Origin: Nitrosopumilus sp.
Lineage (GTDB): Archaea; Thermoproteota; Nitrososphaeria; Nitrososphaerales; Nitrosopumilaceae
NCBI GenBank assembly: GCA_965249555.1
Contig: OZ252243.1
Coordinates: 672,001 to 736,000, forward strand
Length of the DNA: 64,000 nucleotides
Direction of reading: 5' to 3'
The notes under the pieces are model-generated. The model was not told where the DNA came from. It saw only the letters and a list, made by a program, of their open reading frames with translations, and searched no databases. Positions 26,701-35,700 of the stretch are shown here, in pieces. Position 1 is the first letter of the stretch. Every line of letters starts with the position of its first letter. The position numbers and the translations under genes are program-made.

Positions 26701-29700
26701 TTGCCGTTTCAGAGTAATCTGGGTCATTATCAGTTACGGTGCCGCCTTGTTCTGTGTAGGTGTCAGTTGCAGTCAACTCTATTGTTGTATCAGATCCTGT
26801 TGGTGTGATTACTGGCGCTGTGGTGTCAAGTGTGATGAGTACTGCTGGTGATGGATCAGATGTGTTGACTCCATCAGATGCTCTTGCAGTAAATGAGTTG
26901 CCACCCTCATCTAGTTCAACTCCTGCAAATGAGAAATTCCCCGAATCATCGGCAGTTGTCGTACCAGCTGGTGTCACCCCATTGAATAGTTGTATAGTTG
27001 CCCCGGCCTCAGTTGAAGTACCATCAATTGTGATTGGTGTAGAGCCAACAGTTGCAGGTGGCGTGGTAATTGCAGGAACTGGTGGCGGTGTGGTATCAGT
27101 TACTTTGTATGTTCTGGTTTTATCACCAGCCGGGTTTGTACCATCAGTTGAGGAATAAGTGATAGTGTAATCGCCTACTGTGCCAACATCAACAGTTCCA
27201 GATATGGTGATTGGAGAGCCATCATCAGTTGATACTCCATCAAGAAGTACCGGTGCAGGTGAGTCTAGTTCAAGGGTGATCTCTTCTGGAGTTACTGTGA
27301 TTACCGGCGGCGTAACATCAGGTCCTACTGTTACAGTTTCAGTGATTGTTCTGCTTTGTTCATTGTTGTCAGTTACGGTGTAAGTTACAGCATATTCTCC
27401 AGAAGCGTTGACATTGACTGTTTTGCCGCCAACCATACCAGGTGCAGTTCCTGAGATATCAAATGCATTGGCAATCGTACCTTGGGCGTATGTTCCGCCA
27501 AATGGCACTGTAGTGGAATAGTCATCTGTGTTACCATCAACGTCAAAGGTTGGCGGTGTGGTATCAGATACGGTAATTACAATTGATTGTTGGTCCGGTG
27601 TGTTGCCTGCCGCATCATCTGGCGCATCATACAATACGGTGTAGACTCCTATACTACTGGTGTCAGGTGTATCACCAGAGGGTGTTGCCGTTTCAGAGTA
27701 ATCTGGGTCATTATCAGTTACGGTGCCGCCTTGTTCTGTGTAGGTGTCAGTTGCAGTCAACTCTATTGTTGTATCAGATCCTGTTGGTGTGATTACTGGC
27801 GGCGTAACATCAGGTCCTACTGTTACAGTTTCAGTGATTGTTCTGCTTTGTTCATTGTTGTCAGTTACGGTGTAAGTTACAGCATATTCTCCAGAAGCGT
27901 TGACATTGACTGTTTTGCCGCCAACTGTACTGGATTTAATTCCTGAGATATCAAATGCATTGGCAATCGTACCTTGGGCGTATGTTCCGCCAAATGGCAC
28001 TGTAGTGGAATAGTCATCTGTGTTACCATCAACGTCAAAGGTTGGCGGTGTGGTATCAGATACGGTAATTACAATTGATTGTTGGTCCGGTGTGTTGCCT
28101 GCCGCATCATCTGGCGCATCATACAATACGGTGTAGACTCCTATACTACTGGTGTCAGGTGTATCACCAGAGGGTGTTGCCGTTTCAGAGTAATCTGGGT
28201 CATTATCAGTTACGGTGCCGCCTTGTTCTGTGTAGGTGTCAGTTGCAGTCAACTCTATTGTTGTATCAGATCCTGTTGGTGTGATTACTGGCGCTGTGGT
28301 GTCAAGTGTGATGAGTACTGCTGGTGATGGATCAGATGTGTTGACTCCATCAGATGCTCTTGCAGTAAATGAGTTGCCACCCTCATCTAGTTCAACTCCT
28401 GCAAATGAGAAATTTCCCGAATCATCGGCAGTTGTCGTACCAGCTGGTGTCACCCCATTGAATAGTTGTATAGTTGCCCCGGCCTCAGTTGAAGTACCAT
28501 CAATTGTGATTGGTGTAGAGCCAACAGTTGCAGGTGGCGTGGTAATTGCAGGAACTGGTGGCGGTGTGGTATCAGTTACTTTGTATGTTCTGGTTTTATC
28601 ACCAGCCGGGTTTGTACCATCAGTTGAGGAATAAGTGATAGTGTAATCGCCTACTGTGCCAACATCAACAGTTCCAGATATGGTGATTGGAGAGCCATCA
28701 TCAGTTGATACTCCATCAAGAAGTACCGGTGCAGGTGAGTCTAGTTCAAGGGTGATCTCTTCTGGAGTTACTGTGATTACCGGCGGCGTAACATCAGGTC
28801 CTACTGTTACAGTTTCAGTGATTGTTCTGCTTTGTTCATTGTTGTCAGTTACGGTGTAAGTTACAGCATATTCTCCAGAAGCGTTGACATTGACTGTTTT
28901 GCCGCCAACCATACCAGGTGCAGTTCCTGAGATATCAAATGCATTGGCAATCGTACCTTGGGCGTATGTTCCGCCAAATGGCACTGTAGTGGAATAGTCA
29001 TCTGTGTTACCATCAACATCAAAGGTTGGCGGTGTGGTATCAGATACGGTAATTACAATTGATTGTTGGTCCGGTGTGTTGCCTGCCGCATCATCTGGCG
29101 CATCATACAATACGGTGTAAACTCCTATACTACTGGTGTCAGGTGTATCACCAGAGGGTGTTGCCGTTTCAGAGTAATCTGGGTCATTATCAGTTACGGT
29201 GCCGCCTTGTTCTGTGTAGGTGTCAGTTGCAGTCAACTCTATTGTTGTATCAGATCCTGTTGGTGTGATTACTGGTGCTGTAACATCAGGTCCTACTGTT
29301 ACAGTTTCAGTGATTGTTCTGCTTTGTTCATTGTTGTCAGTTACGGTGTAAGTTACAGCATATTCTCCAGAAGCGTTGACATTGACTGTTTTGCCGCCAA
29401 CTATACCAGGTGCAGTTCCTGAGATATCAAATGCATTGGCAATCATACCTTGGGTGTATGTTCCGCCAAATGACACTGTAGTGGAATAGTCATCTGTGTT
29501 ACCATCAACGTCAAAGGTTGGCGGTGTGGTATCAGATACGGTAATTACAATTGATTGTTGGTCCGGTGTGTTGCCTGCCGCATCATCTGGCGCATCATAC
29601 AATACGGTGTAGACTCCTATACTACTGGTGTCAGGTGTATCACCAGAGGGTGTTGCCGTTTCAGAGTAATCTGGGTCATTATCAGTTACGGTGCCGCCTT

Positions 29701-32700
29701 GTTCTGTGTAGGTGTCAGTTGCAGTCAACTCTATTGTTGTATCAGATCCTGTTGGTGTGATTACTGGCGCTGTGGTGTCAAGTGTGATGAGTACTGCTGG
29801 TGATGGATCAGATGTGTTGACTCCATCAGATGCTCTTGCAGTAAATGAGTTGCCACCCTCATCTAGTTCAACTCCTGCAAATGAGAAATTCCCCGAATCA
29901 TCGGCAGTTGTCGTACCAGCTGGTGTCACCCCATTGAATAGTTGTATAGTTGCCCCGGCCTCAGTTGAAGTACCATCAATTGTGATTGGTGTAGAGCCAA
30001 CAGTTGCAGGTGGCGTGGTAATTGCAGGAACTGGTGGCGGTGTGGTATCAGTTACTTTGTATGTTCTGGTTTTATCACCAGCCGGGTTTGTACCATCAGT
30101 TGAGGAATAAGTGATAGTGTAATCGCCTACTGTGCCAACATCAACAGTTCCAGATATGGTGATTGGAGAGCCATCATCAGTTGATACTCCATCAAGAAGT
30201 ACCGGTGCAGGTGAGTCTAGTTCAAGGGTGATCTCTTCTGGAGTTACTGTGATTACCGGCGGCGTAACATCAGGTCCTACTGTTACAGTTTCAGTGATTG
30301 TTCTGCTTTGTTCATTGTTGTCAGTTACGGTGTAAGTTACAGCATATTCTCCAGAAGCGTTGACATTGACTGTTTTGCCGCCAACCATACCAGGTGCAGT
30401 TCCTGAGATATCAAATGCATTGGCAATCGTACCTTGGGCGTATGTTCCGCCAAATGGCACTGTAGTGGAATAGTCATCTGTGTTACCATCAACATCAAAG
30501 GTTGGCGGTGTGGTATCAGATACGGTAATTACAATTGATTGTTGGTCCGGTGTGTTGCCTGCCGCATCATCTGGCGCATCATACAATACGGTGTAAACTC
30601 CTATACTACTGGTGTCAGGTGTATCACCAGAGGGTGTTGCCGTTTCAGAGTAATCTGGGTCATTATCAGTTACGGTGCCGCCTTGTTCTGTGTAGGTGTC
30701 AGTTGCAGTCAACTCTATTGTTGTATCAGATCCTGTTGGTGTGATTACTGGTGCTGTAACATCAGGTCCTACTGTTACAGTCTGAGTGATTGTTCTGCTT
30801 TGTTCATTGTTGTCAGTTACGGTGTAAGTTACAGCATATTCTCCAGAAGCGTTGACATTGACTGTTTTGCCGCCAACCATACCAGGTGCAGTTCCTGAGA
30901 TATCAAATGCATTGGCAATCATACCTTGGGCGTATGTTCCGCCAAATGGCACTGTAGTGGAATAGTCATCTGTGTTACCATCAACGTCAAAGGTTGGCGG
31001 TGTGGTATCAGATACGGTAATTACAATTGATTGTTGGTCCGGTGTGTTGCCTGCCGCATCATCTGGCGCATCATACAATACGGTGTAGACTCCTATACTA
31101 CTGGTGTCAGGTGTATCACCAGAGGGTGTTGCCGTTTCAGAGTAATCTGGGTCATTATCAGTTACGGTGCCGCCTTGTTCTGTGTAGGTGTCAGTTGCAG
31201 TCAACTCTATTGTTGTATCAGATCCTGTTGGTGTGATTACTGGCGCTGTGGTGTCAAGTGTGATGAGTACTGCTGGTGATGGATCAGATGTGTTGACTCC
31301 ATCAGATGCTCTTGCAGTAAATGAGTTGCCACCCTCATCTAGTTCAACTCCTGCAAATGAGAAATTTCCCGAATCATCGGCAGTTGTCGTACCAGCTGGT
31401 GTCATCCCATTGAATAGTTGTATAGTTGCTCCGGCCTCAGTTGAAGTACCATCAATTGTGATTGGTGTAGAGCCAACAGTTGCAGGTGGCGTGGTAATTG
31501 CAGGAACTGGTGGCGGTGTGGTATCAGTTACTTTGTATGTTCTGGTTTTATCACCAGCCGGGTTTGTACCATCAGTTGAGGAATAAGTGATAGTGTAATC
31601 GCCTACTGTGCCAACATCAACAGTTCCAGATATGGTGATTGGAGAGCCATCATCAGTTGATACTCCATCAAGAAGTACCGGTGCAGGTGAGTCTAGTTCA
31701 AGGGTGATCTCTTCTGGAGTTACTGTGATTACTGGCGGCGTAACATCAGGTCCTACTGTTACAGTTTCAGTGATTGTTCTGCTTTGTTCATTGTTGTCAG
31801 TTACGGTGTAAGTTACAGCATATTCTCCAGAAGCGTTGACATTGACTGTTTTGCCGCCAACCATACCAGGTGCAGTTCCTGAGATATCAAATGCATTGGC
31901 AATCGTACCTTGGGCGTATGTTCCGCCAAATGGCACTGTAGTGGAATAGTCATCTGTGTTACCATCAACGTCAAAGGTTGGCGGTGTGGTATCAGATACG
32001 GTAATTACAATTGATTGTTGGTCCGGTGTGTTGCCTGCCGCATCATCTGGCGCATCATACAATACGGTGTAGACTCCTATACTGCTGGTGTCAGGTGTAT
32101 CACCAGAGGGTGTTGCCGTTTCAGAGTAATCTGGGTCATTATCAGTTACGGTGCCGCCTTGTTCTGTGTAGGTGTCAGTTGCAGTCAACTCTATTGTTGT
32201 ATCAGATCCTGTTGGTGTGATTACTGGCGGCGTAACATCAGGTCCTACTGTTACAGTCTGAGTGATTGTTCTGCTTTGTTCATTGTTGTCAGTTACGGTG
32301 TAAGTTACAGCATATTCTCCAGAAGCGTTGACATTGACTGTTTTGCCGCCAACTATACCAGGTGCAGTTCCTGAGATATCAAATGCATTGGCAATCATAC
32401 CTTGGGTGTATGTTCCGCCAAATGGCACTGTAGTGGAATAGTCATCTGTGTTACCATCAACGTCAAAGGTTGGCGGTGTGGTATCAGATACGGTAATTAC
32501 AATTGATTGTTGGTCCGGTGTGTTGCCTGCCGCATCATCTGGCGCATCATACAATACGGTGTAGACTCCTATACTACTGGTGTCAGGTGTATCACCAGAG
32601 ACTGCTACTGTTCCAGGGTAGGCCGGGTCATTATCAGTTACGGTGCCGCCTTGTTCTGTGTAGGTGTCAGTTGCAGTCAACTCTATTGTTGTATCAGATC

Positions 32701-35700
32701 CTGTTGGTGTGATTACTGGCGCTGTGGTGTCAAGTGTGATGAGTACTGCTGGTGATGGATCAGATGTGTTGACTCCATCAGATGCTCTTGCAGTAAATGA
32801 GTTGCCACCCTCATCTAGTTCAACTCCTGCAAATGAGAAATTCCCCGAATCATCGGCAGTTGTCGTACCAGCTGGTGTCATCCCATTGAATAGTTGTATA
32901 GTTGCTCCGGCCTCAGTTGAAGTACCATCAATTGTGATTGGTGTAGAGCCAACAGTTGCAGGTGGCGTGGTAATTGCAGGAACTGGTGGCGGTGTGGTAT
33001 CAGTTACTTTGTATGTTCTGGTTTTATCACCAGCCGGGTTTGTACCATCAGTTGAGGAATAAGTGATAGTGTAATCGCCTACTGTGCCAACATCAACAGT
33101 TCCAGATATGGTGATTGGAGAGCCATCATCAGTTGATACTCCATCAAGAAGTACCGGTGCAGGTGAGTCTAGTTCAAGGGTGATCTCTTCTGGAGTTACT
33201 GTGATTACTGGCGGCGTAACATCAGGTCCTACTGTTACAGTTTCAGTGATTGTTCTGCTTTGTTCATTGTTGTCAGTTACGGTGTAAGTTACAGCATATT
33301 CTCCAGAAGCGTTGACATTGACTGTTTTGCCGCCAACCATACCAGGTGCAGTTCCTGAGATATCAAATGCATTGGCAATCGTACCTTGGGCGTATGTTCC
33401 GCCAAATGGCACTGTAGTGGAATAGTCATCTGTGTTACCATCAACGTCAAAGGTTGGCGGTGTGGTATCAGATACGGTAATTACAATTGATTGTTGGTCC
33501 GGTGTGTTGCCTGCCGCATCATCTGGCGCATCATACAATACGGTGTAGACTCCTATACTGCTGGTGTCAGGTGTATCACCAGAGGGTGTTGCCGTTTCAG
33601 AGTAATCTGGGTCATTATCAGTTACGGTGCCGCCTTGTTCTGTGTAGGTGTCAGTTGCAGTCAACTCTATTGTTGTATCAGATCCTGTTGGTGTGATTAC
33701 TGGTTTTTCTGTATCATCAAGAGATGGGTTTTCAGTTGGTGCTGCAGGTGTAGTTACAATCAAATCCTCAGATGAAACGCTTGTCTGGGAAATGTCGTTA
33801 GTTGATGTGGCATAATATGTGTAGGATGTTGCAGGAGTCAGACCAGTTTCAGTGTATGATGTATCGCCGGTAGTTGTTAAGAGGATATCACCTCTATACA
33901 ATTTGTATTCATTGGCACCGTCCACTGCAGTCCATGTAATCTCAATGCTTGTCGGAGTGATTGCTCCTGCTCCAAGTGTAGGAGGTGCAGGTGGAGTCGT
34001 TATGGATTCTCTGCCAATCTCATCACCATCAAATGAGAGTGTGACATCGCCACGATAATTATACCCAACTGGCATCGTAGTAGGAGGTAACTGTACACCT
34101 ACTGCATCTTCTGCAATCTCAACAGTAGTGGTCTGATCAACATCATATCCAATTGTAAAGGTACCAGATGTTAATGGTACAAATGTTGCAGATGCATCAT
34201 CAAAACCTGGTGTGACACTAAAAGAGCCAGGTTCAATTGCAGGAACTGCTGGTGCCTTTGGAGTAGTTACTGTCAAATCATCAGATGGGTGACTTGTCTG
34301 GGAAGCATCGTTAGTTGATGTGGCATGATATGTGTAGGATGATTCAGGAGTCAAGGTCTCATCAGTGTAGGATGTATCGCTGGGAGTTGCTATAGAAATG
34401 TCATCTCTAAACAGCTCGTATCCTGTGGCACCAGGTTGTGCAGTCCATGTAATTACAACACTTGTCGGAGTAACTGCTCCTTGCACAAGTGCAGGTGGTG
34501 CAGGTCCAGTCTTTACAGATACACTGCCAATTATTTCACTATCAAATGAGAGGGTGACAGGGTTGTCATAATTATACCCAACTGGTACTGTAGTAGTTGA
34601 TGGCGTATTTACTGCATCGATGATAACAGAAACAGTCTGATCAGTACCATATCCAATTGTAAAGGTACCGGATTTTAATGGTGTAAAGGATGCAGATGCA
34701 TCATCAAAACCTGGTGTGACACTAAAAGAGTCTAGTTCAATTGCAGGTGCCTTTGGAGTAGTTACTGCTGTAAACACAGGCTCACCAATTATAGAAGAAG
34801 GAAAAAAGGATATACCAACTATGCCGATTCTTTCAGCATTGACTAATCTCTCAAAATGGTTAAAAGCAGGAGTAAAATCAGCAGTGGTAACACCTTGCGA
34901 TAATTGGAAAACAGATACTACTTCATCAACACCATCTTCAGTTATATAAAGTTCATAAGTGCCGTTAGAAGATTCTACATTACTCCAAGTTAATCGAATA
35001 TTACCATTAGGTAATAGTTCAGCTGTTAAAGATGGTAGTGAAGCAAATGATGTTGTTACAGGTGTTGTTATTGTAGGTACTGCTGCAAACACAAGCTCAC
35101 CAATTGTAGAAGAAGAAGGGGATATACCAACTATGCCGATTTTTTCAGCATTATTTACTCGGTCAAAAATAGGAATATCAAGATCCATATCATAGGAAGT
35201 AACGCCTGGCGATAATAGGAAATTAATTAGCGGTGTATCAACACTATCTTCAGTTATATAAAGTCCATAAACATCGTTAGGAGATTCTATATTACTCCAA
35301 GTTAATCTAATATAATTATCAGATAATCTTTCAGCTGTTAAAGATGGTAGTGAAGCAAATGATGTTGTTACAGGTGTTGTTATTGTAGGTACTGCTGCAA
35401 ACACAAGCTCACCAATTATTAGAGTATAAGAAGGGGATATACCAACTATGCCGATTCTTTGAGCATTGATTAATCTATCATAAAAGGGAGAAAGGGGAGT
35501 AACATCAGTAGTGGTAACACCTTGCGATAATATGAAAACAAGTAGTTTTTCATCAACATCATCTTCAGTTATATAAAGTTCATACATGCCGCTAGGAGAT
35601 TTTACGTTACTCCAAGTTAATCGAATATTACCATTAGGTAATAGTTCAGCTGTTAAAGATGGTAGTGAAACAAATGGTGTTGTTATTGTAGGTACTGCTG

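Noticed and set aside
7630-33705. CRISPR-like array
   Set aside because: Units are 492-bp in-frame coding modules without unique spacers; no cas genes are present.
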